Assembly: GCA_951406725.2 (NCBI GenBank)
Contig: OX597817.1
Coordinates: forward strand, 60,202,001 to 60,266,000
Direction: 5' to 3'
Source of the DNA: Octopus vulgaris
Lineage: Eukaryota
DNA: 64,000 nt
Shown here piece by piece: positions 1 to 15,080 of the stretch; position 1 is the stretch's first letter; every line of letters begins with the position of its first letter. The translations under genes were made by a program, and so were the position numbers. The notes under the pieces were generated by a model that was not told the origin of the DNA, made no database searches, and worked only from the letters and a program-made list of their open reading frames with translations.

Positions 1-317
1 AATTAAATATGCCTAACATCATAAACTCATTGTTGCTAATTATATTCTCTCTTAAGATTTGTAGCATTAAGTTTGGCGATTAAAATATTTTATTCCAAAT
101 ATTTTAAACATGGCTTTAAATTCAATATAATTCTTCTTCTTTTTTCTTCCAGTTTGATGGTATCCTCCTCCCTGGCAAATAATTACATGAAATAAACAAA
201 ATAAATATTCAAATTTTTTTGTTTTAGTTATTTTTTCTTTTTATTTTGAACAATGTCTGAGAAAGTGATTCAATGGTCCAGCTCATGTCAGCATGGAACT
301 TTAAGATTTTTTTTTAT

Positions 318-545
318 TGCCCACAGAGAGGACAGACAAATGGATTAAATCAATTACATTAACTCCAGTGCATAACTGGTACTTTACTACCCACAAGGGG
401 CTAAACACAGAGAGGACAGACAAATGGGTTAAGTCATCGATCCCAGTGCGTAACTGGTACTTATTTAATCAACCCCCGAAAGAATGAAAGGCAAAGTCAA
501 CCTCAGCGGAATTTGAACATAACAGCAGACGAAATACCCATTTTT
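318..545 (-). mobile_element. tRNA-derived SINE (Meta-domain-like core), tandem partial copies
   Basis: Repeats of cacagagaggacagacaaatgg...cagtgcgtaactggtac...gaaaggcaaagtcaacctcagcggaatttgaac. Same family as copies at 13695, 14935, 18245 and 47455. Confidence 0.8.
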
Positions 546-590
546 TTACTACTCGCAAGGGGCTAAACACAGGACAGACAAACAGATTAA

Positions 591-3028
591 TCCTTTAGTG
601 TTCAAACCGGCCAAAATTAATTCCCCTTTATTTGTTCAAACCGGGTCCGGTGTATCCGACAGCTCTACGAAATCACTAGTTTTGAAATAATGCGAGATGA
701 AGCCTTTCCCGCCTTTATTCAAGTATAAATACTGTGAAATGGTTATTTCCACGTTTGAAGAGAAGTGTATACGTTTGTTGTGAAAGAAATGGCGTCAGCA
801 AGTAGCGATTCCGACTTTGAAGGTTTTACTATTGATGATTTTGAAGATATCTATGAAAACAAAAGTATTTTGACTTGGGATGAGTCTGATATTGATATCA
901 GTGATTACTCGTCGGACAAAGAAGATTTCGATAACGAAAGTGATGAAAACGATATTGTAAACAAGGCAACATGGTCGAAAATTACGACACCCAACACAAT
1001 TTCTGATTTTACAGAAAACACTGGTCCACAACATAATTTACCTCCTGATGCTCAACCACTGGACTATCTATTTTTATTTTTGGTTGAAAGTTTTTTTGAA
1101 AATGTTGCGGAGGAAACGAACAAATATGCGCAACATTTAATTTCTGTTCGAGGAAGAAACGATCCGCTATGGCAGCCAACTAACACTGCGGAAATGAGAG
1201 CATTTTTCACAATTAACATTATGTTTGGAGTTAAACAGCTTCCTCGACTGTGTAACTATTGGAGTCCCGATGTAAGGTATGGCGACCCATGTATTTCGAG
1301 CATCATGTCAAAGACGAGGTATTCGAAAATATCTCAGTATTTGCATTTAACTGATTCTGCCAATGCCCCCAACAAAAACGACCTAAACTACGATCCCCTG
1401 TACAAAGTACGTCCCGTGATAAATTTACTTGTAAATAATTATAAAACTGTTTATTTACCTGGGAAGAATCTCAGTGTAGATGAAGCCATGATAGGCTATA
1501 AGGGTAGAGTACATTTTTGGCAGTACATGCCTGCCAAACCTACTAAATGGGGGATCAAGGTATGGGAAGTTTGTGAATCGTAGACGGGATAGTGTAAACT
1601 TTGATGTTTACAAAGGTAAGAAGTATAATGGGAAAAGACGAGACCTGATGTTGTATGGTCTCTTACACAACCTTTTCACCATCAGCACCGACACCTCTAT
1701 TTCGACCGTTTTTTTTTTCTTCAGTGGCTTTGAAATAAAAACAAAATTTTATAAAAAGAGGGGACATTTTGCAAATACAAAATTAAAATTTATTAGTTAC
1801 TGCTTTTAAAGACAAAAGACAGATTTTATTTCTGTCTTCTAACGAACAACCTGGTGTTGGTGCTGAGGGGAAACCCCTCGTGAATATTTTTTACAACAAA
1901 TATATGGGTGGGGTAGGTAAATCCGACCAATATCGGGCATATTACCCAGTTGGTCGACCTGGGAAGAAATGGTGGAGGTACATTTTGTGGTTTTTAGTTA
2001 ATTTAACTATAGTAAATGCCCACATTGTTTACGTAAAAAGCCACAAAGTACCTCCGCCACCAAAAGACTACGACCACTTGAAATTTCGGGTTGACATCGC
2101 ATCTCAGTTACGTGAGGGCTTCTCTTCTAGAAAACACAGAACTGGGAGAAAAGCAAAATTAACTGAGGTGGATGTCAACAGAGAAAATATTGATTTCGAA
2201 AAAATAAACGGATGGAAAAAAGTTTTCAGACTTCGCTGCAAAAAAGAACTGCAAAAGGGTACCAGGTCGAGACCTCATATATGTGTTCGTTTTGCCAAGT
2301 GCCCTTATGTAAAGGATGCTTTGGACAATTTCACGACAGAAATATGCCATAAGTGTATAATTTTGCATATTCCTTTTCATTTTATTATATAATATGTGAA
2401 AGTGAGAACTACATATTAATTTTCAGTATGTTACACACCTGTATTCACCTTTGTCTCACCTGTTAATGAGATTTTTTTATTAGATGCATTCTGTTGCGTG
2501 AATGAATTCATTAAATTGTATAAGAGTGCATAGCCAATTGTATATTGACTAGTAAAAGAGTTTTGTACTTTCTTTTCAATGATGACATTTGAATGAAATA
2601 TAGAAAAATAGTAAAATCGTGTACCGATTACAGCTGTATTTTAATTAATTCAAATTAATGTACCTCATCTTGAAAAATGTAAAATTGTTGGCCGTTGACA
2701 TCTGGGATAGTTTTAGCAGCAAACCAAACAGGTAAGATGTATTAAGAATATGAATTTTAGTGTTTATTCATAATGTTATTGTTTTTACACCTGTTAATTA
2801 AATTTACCTGCCCATAAAAGTCAAATTTAGTCAGAAAGATCAGCTAAAATTACGTAATTATAAACCACTGGCATATAAGCACCCATTTACAAAGTTTCAA
2901 AGCTGTATGTAGAAAATTAACAAAGTTACAAGCAAATATTGTGGACACCCCACTTGAACCTGAATAAATCAAAATTAATGTGAACAGATAAGCATTACAT
3001 TTGACAAATTAATCTGAACACTAAAGGG
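591..3028 (+). mobile_element. piggyBac DNA transposon, both ends present, decayed
   Basis: TTAA target duplication at 587-590 and 3029-3032. 14-bp TIRs: (t)cctttagtgttca and tgaacactaaaggg. Internal piggyBac transposase remnants. Confidence 0.95.
789..2350 (+). pseudogene. piggyBac (PGBD-like) transposase pseudogene
   Basis: Acidic N-terminus MASASSDSDFEGF, then YDPLYKVRP, LSVDEAMIGYKGR and YMPAKPTKWGIKVW. Stop at 1581-1583. Out-of-frame LYFDRFF near 1695-1715. YNKYMGGVGKSDQ (GGVD changed to GGVG), KKWWRYILWFL and a frameshifted Cys-rich tail. Internal deletion. Confidence 0.92.
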
Positions 3029-3195
3029 TTAAGTCGATTACATCGTCCCCAGTGCATAACTGGTACTTAATTTATCGACTCCCGAAAGAATGAAAGGCAA
3101 AGTCGACCTCGGCGGAATTTGAACTCAGAATGTAACAGCAGGCGAAATATGGCTACGCATTTCACCCGGCGTGCTAACGTTTCTGCCAGCTTGTC
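3029..3195 (-). mobile_element. SINE half displaced by the piggyBac insertion (other half at ~545-590)
   Basis: Joining ggacagacaaacagattaa to gtcgattacatcgtccccagtgc reproduces the intact SINE sequence seen at 13739-13790. Confidence 0.88.
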
Positions 3196-3220
3196 ACGTT
3201 TAAAATATTGCAAGCATTAA

Positions 3221-3703
3221 CCCTTTGGTATTCAGATAACTATCATCCCTTTTCCACGCTGGCAGAGGTTGGGTGGATTGGTCAGAGCTGCACCAGGCTC
3301 TGGTCGCTACGGCTGGATGCCCTTCCTAACGCCAACCACTCAGGGAGTGTAATGGGTGCTTTCTACAGAACTCTTACAAACCAATCCCCTTTACCAAGGG
3401 AAACGACCTTAACACTTCTGCCAGGAGTACGGGTCTTGTTTTTAGTACAGCAATGTGTCAGGGCCAAGGGCCCTTTGTTGTCCTCCAGCAGTTCGTCTCG
3501 TCTTCCTCTTTCACGTGCTTCATCTACTCTATGTGCTCTGCATGTAATGCTTATTTTATTCCTTGTGTTTTGAATTTATCAAACCTTATTTCGTAGCTTC
3601 AAGATGTCAATGATGTGCTTCCTTATATTTAGAATGACATTGTCGGGTAGCTAGTTTTCTCACATAAAACAGAATATTTGAGCTGGTTTAAATGTTAAAG
3701 GTT
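3221..3703. mobile_element. probable piggyBac-type MITE (degenerate)
   Basis: ttaa|ccctttggtattcaga at the left end; degenerate aatgttaaagg at ~3691-3701. Confidence 0.45.
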
Positions 3704-4514
3704 TGAGCCTATCCGATTAAATTCAATGTTTTAATCATGGCCATGGCTGGCTCTGCCAATGCAGCGAATTGTTAGCAGCATAAGGTACATAGTCATGCAA
3801 TGGTCAGTCTAATCACCTGACAATACTTTCACCAGGATGCTCAGCTGATATGTTCAGTGATATAGGTACTTTGTTGCTAATATACAGGGAAGTAAACAAA
3901 CCAACAGTGGAGTGGGGACACACGTATACACGGGAGCCATAAATTACCATTACAATTTGAAAAATGGCAAAAAAAAAAAAATGAAAAGGCTAACTCAGCA
4001 AAGTTTATCGGAAAACAAGCAAAGAAATGAGGTTTTATTTGAAACCTCAGGAGACTTGCATGTGGGGATCCATTGGTTGTATGCGATACATTTAGACAGC
4101 ACTTGGATTCTGACAATGTGCATTGGAGCAAACCCTCATCAATGTTGGGTATGGCTTGGTGTATTTGTTTCCTTCAGGTCATAGAAGTCAGAGTCTGTCT
4201 TTAATGTAGCCCTATAAGAATCTACAGGAGTTATATCTGGCGAAGTGGGTGGCCAGGGGACTGGACCGCTTCTTCCAATCCACCGGTTTGGAAAAGTTTC
4301 GTTGAGACACTCTCAAACACTCAACTCCCAATGGAGCGGCACACCATCTTGGTGGCAAAGAATTGCTGGTTGCAAGAAATTGATCGATGCGTCTCAACTC
4401 TAATAGGATACAATAAATTGTGGAAAATTTATAGACTTATGTGTGTGTATGTATGTGGATAGGGGCTAGTGAATTTCATGTGTGGGTGCTTGGAAGTGGT
4501 TAGTGGTGTGAGGA

Positions 4515-6837
<2,323 letters not shown>

Positions 6838-7578
6838 GAAGGGTGTATGAAAAATCTTGAGCCTCAAAAAACAAAACATGGCACAAGACTTCAAGGCTAA
6901 AAACTTTTCATACACCCCTTGTGTGTATATATATATATATATAAACTGTTCCCGAAGGGGCTGCGCAATGGGACTGAACTAGAAACCCCTTGGTTGCGAA
7001 CCGAAGTTAGCCACGTTGCCTTGCCTGGCAACTATTTTCTGTCCACTTTCTACATTTTAAAACTCTTGTCTCGTCTAGATCGCTTCTGACGGTTTTCCCC
7101 CTCGACCTTCCTTATTAGGAACATATGTTACATCATGTCTATTTTAATAATAGCCATGATGCAACAGCCTCACAATAAAGCGTGAAAGCAACTGCCATTT
7201 TTTTTTATAAGTATATAATGAGAAATTGCCTCCAACCAGACGATCGCCTGTTTATTATGAGGATGGTGTTATACCAGTTTGATAAGCAATAGGTTGTTTA
7301 CAACAGACTAGGAATATAATTACTTGTTGAATATGACATCATACGAGTCTGCCTGCGTCAAATGAGTTTAAAAATAAAACCAAGTCGACCCAAAGGAAAA
7401 CGGTGTCTTCTGCGTGGTCACTCGATATCCTAGAAATACCAGCCGCATTACCTTACTATCTTTACACACACACACACATACACACATACCTACATACATA
7501 CACACACACGCACACACAAATCTATGTATGCTGATGATGATACATACATACGTTCCTCCATATACACACACTTATATG

Positions 7579-7660
<82 letters not shown>

Positions 7661-7661
<1 letters not shown>

Positions 7662-7861
7662 CGGAGATGTACTTGCATAGCAAGTGATTTGATCTGAGAT
7701 CGTGTGCTGAAATGAAAACAATTGCAGCGTGGAAGGTGTTTATAAGCCATTTAAGAAACACACAAAAGCCGTTCGATTCACTTCAACATTTAAGTTTAAT
7801 TTGTCAAAATATTTTCGTCGCTTTAAGACCGCGACCTGTTCACTGACAAAAATCCGTGCTG
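7661..7861 (-). mobile_element. Penelope-like non-autonomous fragment with a hammerhead motif
   Basis: Flanked by (TA)n. Near-identical to 12068-12390. Contains the hammerhead fold at 7800-7850. Confidence 0.65.
7800..7850 (-). ncRNA. type-I minimal hammerhead ribozyme, G3:C8 core variant
   Basis: Minus strand reads TTTGTCA-GTGAACA-g-GTCGC-ggtcttaaa-GCGAC-GAAA-ATAT-TT-TGACAAA: stem I, core, stem II, GAAA, palindromic stem III, UU site. Confidence 0.65.
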
Positions 7862-7879
7862 CATATATATACATATATA

Positions 7880-10093
7880 TTGAGTCATCCCATAAATAAT
7901 GCGGTTTTTCTTCTTTTATTTTTCAAAATTAAGATAAACAAAGTTCTTTTTTAATCTAAAATATACTCTCCTTCATTTTCTACAATGCTCTTCCATATAC
8001 ATGGTAGACTTGCAAGGCCCATCTTCTAAAATTCACTTGTCCGTAACAAAAAATACGGCGAAGTTTCGCATGTCGTAGATCAGATTTCCGTCGATTTCCG
8101 TAAAAAACTTTTATTTTTTTACATAAGTAATGAGAGCGAAAGAGACTAAGAGGAAGCGATTTTACGACGAGAAGGTTTCACTTTGAAGTCGGCCTGTGTG
8201 TGTTTGATGGGGTGTGGGAGACAGACAGTATGTTGTGTAAGTGAAGTGCTTCTGTTAGTGTGTGCGAAGAGACAGAGAGAGTAATGTGTGAAAGAGAGAG
8301 ATAACTGATTTTTTACTCGGTGTATGTGTATATGTATGTATGCATGTATGTGTGTGTGTGTGTATGTATCTATGTATGTGTGTGTGTGTGTAAGTATGTG
8401 TGTGTGTATGTATATGTATGGCCGATTCATCGTAATTTTTTACTCGGTGTATGTGTATATGTATGTCTGCATGTATGTGTGTGTGTGTATGTATCTATGT
8501 GTGTGTGTGTGTGTATGTAAGTATGTGTGTGTGTATGTATGTATGTGTGTGTGTGTGTATGTATCTATGTGTGTGTGTGTAAGTATGTGTGTGTGTATGT
8601 ATGTATGTATGTGTGTGTGTGTATGTATCTATGTGTGTGTGTGTGTATAAGTATGTGTGTGTGTATGTATGTATCTATGTATGTGTGTGTGTATGTATCT
8701 ATGTATGTGTGTGTGTGTGTATATATGTATGTGTGTGTGTGTATGTATGTATGTATGGCCGATTCATAGTAATTTTTTTACTCGGTGTATGTGTATATGT
8801 ATGTCTGTCTCTTCACACACACTAACAGAAACACTTCACTTACACAACATACTGTCTGTCTCCACACCCCATCAAACACACACAGGCCGACTTCAAAGTG
8901 AAACCTTCTCGTCGTAAAATCGCTTCCTCTTAGTCTCTTTCGCTCTCATTACTTATGTAAAAAAATAAAAGTTTTTTACGGAAATCGACGGAAATCTGTG
9001 CTACTACAACCGAAACTATGCCAAAAATACTCCTCCGGTAATGTTCTGACCTTGTCTACAGCATTTATATTTTTTCCATCTAAATGATTTTGAAGACTGC
9101 AGATAGGGCAATGTCCGGCGAATACGGTGGATGGGGCATCATTTCCCATTCAAAGTGCTCCAGCCTTTGGAATATCATCCTCGCTGTTTGTGGCCGAGCA
9201 TTATCGAGATGGAAGAACACTTTGAAACCAAAGATGGTCGTTTTTCTTCTAGCGCTGACTTAAACCGCTCAAGCTGCTCGCAGTAGATCTCCTTTGTTAT
9301 CGTTTGGTTCGGGTTTAGAAGTTCAAAATGGACTAAACCTTTCATATACCACCAAGGAAATAACAACAGCCTACCTGGGTGAAGTCCTTCTTTAGCCTGG
9401 GGTGCCGGTGTTTCTCCTTTCCCTACCCTCTGTCTTCGGCGCTTGATATTTTTATAGAGAACCCATTTCTCGTCACTAGTCTCTATTCGGTCCACAAAAG
9501 AAGTTCATTCGTGAGACGTGACAGTAAAGAAGAACACACGTTCACTCTCTGCACACAATTAGATTAGGAAAGTTTGCGAGGAACCCATTGACCAAATTTG
9601 CTGACTTTTCCGATGGCACGCAGGTGTCGATGAATGGTTGAATGACCAAATCCAAGATTCTCTGTTAGTTCCTCAACAGTTACGATGGGATTTTGTTCCA
9701 CTGAAGTTTGCAGGACGTCCTCGTCGAGCTCTACAGATCTTCCAGGACGAGGCTCTCCAAGGCTGTAGTTTACGGCTCAGAATTTCTGGAACCACCGTTG
9801 ACACTGGCTTATGCTTATTGTCTAATCCCCATGTACTGCATCAATATTCCTCGCACTTTTATTGCACACATAAAGCAAAATATGTCGAATATACGCCTTT
9901 GTCACTTCCATTATAGCTTTGAAAAAATAACTGTTAAAATCGAACTGCACCCTTCAAAACGGCACTAAAAATAAAGACAAGTTAAAATTATTACCTGCTT
10001 TTATAATAAGTTGATACAGGTAGTTTATTCCATTCCCCTCCGACTTTTAGTTCATGCAATTGAAAATACCGCATTATTTATCGGATGACCCAA
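7880..10093 (-). mobile_element. mariner (Tc1/mariner) element, decayed, interrupted by a nested insertion
   Basis: ~31-bp TIRs: ttgagtcatcccataaataatgcggt and accgcattatttatcggatgacccaa. Transposase runs from ATG ~9911 (MEVTKAYIRHILLY) through TSDEKWVLYKN (9175-9495 ORF) and HPPYSPDIA (~9100-9135) to a C-terminus at ~7960-8050. Confidence 0.92.
8057..9022. mobile_element. foldback MITE with ~220-bp TIRs and an 8-bp TSD (Merlin-like), nested in the mariner
   Basis: Ends are ggcgaagtttcg and cgaaactatgcc. Arms 8081-8276 and 8804-8998 are near-perfect reverse complements. TSD aaaaatac at 8049-8056 and 9023-9030. The centre is (TG/TATG)n. Confidence 0.85.
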
Positions 10094-10468
10094 CATACAT
10101 ACATACATACATACATACGTACGTACGTACGTATGTATGTATGTATGTATATATATATATATATGTATGTATGTACGTATGTATGTGTGAGTGTACATCT
10201 GCATATATACTTTTGTATATATATGTATACAGATACATACAAATGTATATACATACATACACACACACACACACGCACACACACACACATATATATATAC
10301 ATACATACATATATACATATACATACATGCATATATATATGCGTATATTTTTTTTTCTCTCCAGTTTCAGCTCAGAGCTGGGCCATGCTGATGCACCACC
10401 GTTTTACTACACTGTTATTACTAAGAGCCTCCTCTAATATGTGGCACTACATCTATCCATCCATCCAT

Positions 10469-10526
<58 letters not shown>

Positions 10527-10531
10527 CTCTG

Positions 10532-10562
<31 letters not shown>

Positions 10563-10565
10563 GTA

Positions 10566-10636
<71 letters not shown>

Positions 10637-11427
10637 TGTATATGTATGTATGTATATATATATATGTATGTATATATATATATGTATGTATATATATATA
10701 TGTATGTATATATATATATGTATATATATATGTATGTATATATATGTATATATATATATGTATGTATATATATATATGTATGTATATATATGTATATATA
10801 TATATGTATGTATATATATATATGTATGTATATATATATATATATATAATGTATGTATTTATATATATATGTATATATATATATAATGTATGTATTTATA
10901 TATATATATATGTATATATATATGTATCTCTTATTATAAAAGGCAGATTTTATCTGCCTCCCTTTGGGAGTTATACAAATCTACAATATAGGATTTCTTC
11001 AATTACAATTTACCTTGCATTTTTAAGAGTACAATGCATCGCGTCATGCCAGGTCCAGTTTTTAAAATTTAAACTCCAATTAAGCAAAATTTACAGAAAA
11101 CTCACATTCTGGTGTGTGTGTCAAATGCTTTTCTTAGTCTGGTTTACAGCACACGCAAACGCACACACACAGTGGGCAACGAATAAAATGAAAGTAATTG
11201 ACTTACTGTAGTGAGTGATTCTTTCACTCTGCCTCCCACTTCCTCTTTCCACATAGACACGCAAATATATAAATAAAATTGTAAGCTAACGTGCGTGTGT
11301 GTGAGTGGGTGTGTGTGGGTGTGCGCGTGTGTGTGTGTGTGAGGGTGCGTGTGTGTGTGCGTGTGCGTGAGTGTGTGACAGGAAAGTTTTTTACGACGAA
11401 TATAACACCTATATCCAAGTAGCAGAA

Positions 11428-11700
11428 AGATAAGACAGTAAGGTGTGATTTGAGGGAGATTTGGCTGCTATTTCTACCATGTCTAGCTGCCATGTAGGGG
11501 TCTCCCTCATAGGCTCATACATACATATATACATAGATAAGACAGTAAGGTGTGATTTGGGGGAAATTTGGCTGCTATTTCTACCAGGTCTAGCTGCCAT
11601 GTAGGGGTCTCCCTCATAGGCTCATACATACATATATACATAGATAAGACAGTAAGGTGTGATTTGAGGGAGATTTGGCTGCTATATTTCTACCAGGTTT
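11428..11700 (+). repeat. 107-bp tandem repeat, ~2.6 copies
   Basis: agataagacagtaaggtgtgattt starts at 11428, 11535 and 11642. Confidence 0.9.
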
Positions 11701-12067
11701 CTCTGTTAGGCCTTCTCATGTAAACTCAAGCTTTCTCATGCCTTGAACATAAGACCAAAGCAGAGAATGTATTCTTTTATTCTTCTGCTTTTCCCAGCCA
11801 TTGGTCTGTGGCCATGCTGGGGCAATGCCTTGAAGAATTGTAGTTTAATGAATCAACTCGTTTTATTTTTGTAAGCATTGTACTTATTCTATCTGTTTCC
11901 TTTGTCAAACCACTAGGTGACAGGGATGTAAACAAACCAACATTCGTTGTCAAGCAGTGGTGGAGGACAATCACAAGCACAGACACGCACACACACACAT
12001 ACATGCATACACATATACACACATACATACATACATACATATATATATATATGTGTGTATATATATA

Positions 12068-12390
12068 TTGCAGCGTGGAAGGTGTTTGTAAGCCATTTAA
12101 GAAACACACAAAAACCGTTACATTCACTTCAACATTTAAATTTAATTTGCCAAAATATTTTCGTCGCTTTGAGACCGCGACCTGTTCACTGACAAAAGTA
12201 TCGTGCTAACAGGTCGCGGTCTCAAAGCGATGAAAATATTTTGACAAATTAAATTTAAATGTTGAAGTGAATCTAACGGTTTTTGTGTGTTTCTTAAATG
12301 GCTTATAAACACCTTCAACGCTGCAACTGTTTTCGTTCCAGCACACGATCTCAGATCAAGTCACTTGCTATGCAAGTACATCTCTGTAAC
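12068..12390. mobile_element. Penelope-type inverted (foldback) insert with G3:C8 hammerhead
   Basis: Arms ~12068-12187 and 12208-12327 are reverse complements. Hammerhead at 12146-12196 (minus). Flanked by (TA)n. Confidence 0.75.
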
Positions 12391-12492
12391 TATATATATA
12401 TTTATATATATATATATATATATGTATATTGGTAAAAACAGTAAGATAACAAAAGAAAGAAAGAGACCTCAATATTATGTAAATAGAGGAAA

Positions 12493-12889
12493 TCTTTACA
12501 TATAAAAGTGAGGTTGTGTGTCTGTCTCCTACGATTTAGATTCCTAACTACTCCCACATTTTGCGGTGCAGTTTTAACCAAAACCGGGTATCTTATAGTC
12601 GTGATTCATATCGAGACCGTCTGGGTATTAGCGCGCGTCTACGATGAGTCTACGATTTAAAAAAAAAATTTACCATCAATTTTTCCCATTTTTAATCCAT
12701 TTTTGACATATATAAGGGAAGTAACTCTCTAAAATTTATTATTAAATCTCAGAACGTAAAAAGCTACAGTAACACCCCTCCCCCTTTGTGGTTAGCCATA
12801 TTGAGATGGCTATTATACTTTACATCTCTAAAAATGCTTATATAATTATTTCCCTTACAAACCCGAGCAACGCCGGGCGATACTGCTAG
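12493..12889 (+). mobile_element. non-autonomous Helitron
   Basis: 5' TC after A. 3' hairpin cccgagcaacgccggg followed by CTAG|T. Same family as 14332, 22722 and 23371. Confidence 0.85.
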
Positions 12890-12891
12890 TG

Positions 12892-12926
<35 letters not shown>

Positions 12927-12942
12927 GTATATATAATGTATG

Positions 12943-13032
<90 letters not shown>

Positions 13033-13694
13033 TATTTGGGTACAGGACATCACCAACTGTAAACAAGATGAGATACGAAAACAAACGCGTTGTGTGATGT
13101 ACTAAAGGCACATTCTCATCACGGTCATTACATAGTGTCCTAGTCTCATTACTATACCAGACTCGAATCTGCTTCTTCCATTTCGGGAATTGTGACAGCG
13201 ACCGACTTTTAAGTATTTGATGCTTCTGGATCACCACTGGAGCACTGTATGTACCTCATCTGCCTTGGAGTAAACTTGGACTGTGCTCTCTCTCCTTTAA
13301 GGAATACGTCAAAATAACCACACTGAAAGTTTGTTCCCGAAACCACATCCCACAGAAACTGGTCAGATCCAGATGGGAAGCTGCAGAACATACATTAAAA
13401 TCTATTGCTTTGGTCTTGTGCCGTTTCTCTGAGGAATATAGAGAAGTCAACCCATTCCAAGAAGAAGCTCGACCCAACATTGAACAATAACACCAGATGC
13501 CGCCCAATCATTGTTTTCAGGAAACCCACCAACACAACCTGTTCCTCCTGGCCCTGCTGATATTCGATGGGAAGTGGTCAATGAAGCCGAAATGACCAGA
13601 GCCGCAAGCGATGAACGTCACCGCTTCCATGGACGACAGCCCCCTTCCAAACGATCGAAATTATGAAGCTTTCTTAACCATTTCTAACCTATTT

Positions 13695-13875
13695 CTTAAC
13701 TACCCACAAGGGGCTACACACAGAGAGGAGTCAAACAAGGACAGGCAAACGGATTAAGTCGATTACATCGACCCCAGTGCGTAACTGGTACTTATTTAAT
13801 CGACCCCAAAAGGATGAAGGGCAAAGTCGATCTCGGCGAAATTTGAACTCAGAACGTAACGGCAGACGAAATATT
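13695..13875 (-). mobile_element. tRNA-derived SINE
   Basis: Reverse strand carries a B-box-like gagttcaaatt and the cccttcatccttttggggtcgat core. Confidence 0.85.
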
Positions 13876-14331
13876 CGCCGCCTTATAACCGATTCTAACC
13901 TAATTTTGTTCGAAGCTTTTTATGGTCAAATTCAAGCATGTGTATTTTACGAATTCGTAACACAGAAATCTTTATGAGGGTGCTCGGTTTGCTAGAAATT
14001 ACAGTCAAGTATTTCTCGGATCACACACTGTTACGGAAAAAAACAAACAAACATATTATATAATGTAATCAAATATATATTGTTATATGTTCATGTGTAT
14101 GTGTAGGTATACGTATATATGAATACATCCCCATTATTAGTACTATTTTGTCAAGCGCATCTTGTGGGCAGGATGAACTGTGAATAAAGCGAATAAAGCA
14201 CAGTGTGTACGACTCCGTTGTACATATACAGTTGTTAAAAAGCCACGTAAATAAACAGGTAGTCATATTAACGCCTCCAATGAGTTGTTTTATTGTCCAA
14301 CACAAACCAAAGAATACAAAACACACATCTA

Positions 14332-14841
14332 TCTATATATATAAAACTGTAGTTGTGTGAGTGTCTGTCCCCTTCGATTTAGATTCCTAACTACTCCCAC
14401 ATTTTGCGGTGCAGTTTAACCAAATTCGGGTATCTTATAGTCGTGATTCATATCGAGCCCGTCTGGCTATTAGCGCGCGTCTACGATGAGTCTACGATTT
14501 TAAAAATAATTTAACATATTTTTTTATTCCATTTTAATGCATAATTTTTCGTGTGTCGATGGCGGCGGAGTTGGCGTCCACGCTCACAGCTGCACCTGTT
14601 TGCTTCTCCCCCTTCCCTCCCTCGTGAAGCTGTGGGGAAGGGAGTGTAAGGAAATCAACGTCGTAAAGCGTTGTCAAGGAGACCAGCGTTCTATTAGAAC
14701 AACGACTTCATGGCTTGAAGACACCAAAACAGAAATGGCTAAGAAAGCCCGAATTGGCATCTATAAGGGAAGCAACTCTCTAAAAATGCTTATATAGTTA
14801 TTTCCCTTACAAAACCGAGCAACGCCGGGCGATACTGCTAG
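14332..14841 (+). mobile_element. non-autonomous Helitron
   Basis: TC start; ccgagcaacgccgggcgatactgCTAG|T end. Near-identical to 22722-23232. Confidence 0.88.
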
Positions 14842-14934
14842 TTATATATAAAAAAAGAGACTGGATTTTATTACTGGAACACTTTTGATCAAAGCCCTGT
14901 TTGGTCAGGTTTGGTCTCGGAATCAACATATTTC

Positions 14935-15080
14935 TCTACTGCCCACAAGGGGCTACACACAGAGGAGACTATCAAGGACAGACGAATGGATTAAGTTGAT
15001 TTTATCGACCCCAGTGCGTAACTGGTACTTATTTAATCGACCCCGAAAGAATGAAAGGCAAAGTCGACCTCGGCGGAATT
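14935..15080 (-). mobile_element. tRNA-derived SINE (partial)
   Basis: Same core as 13695-13875. Confidence 0.8.

Noticed and set aside
13100-13680. GC-richer stretch with a CFQETH motif
   Set aside because: Possibly an old retroelement remnant, but there is no continuous frame or second motif to support a call. The same holds for 3880-4420 and 51870-52300.
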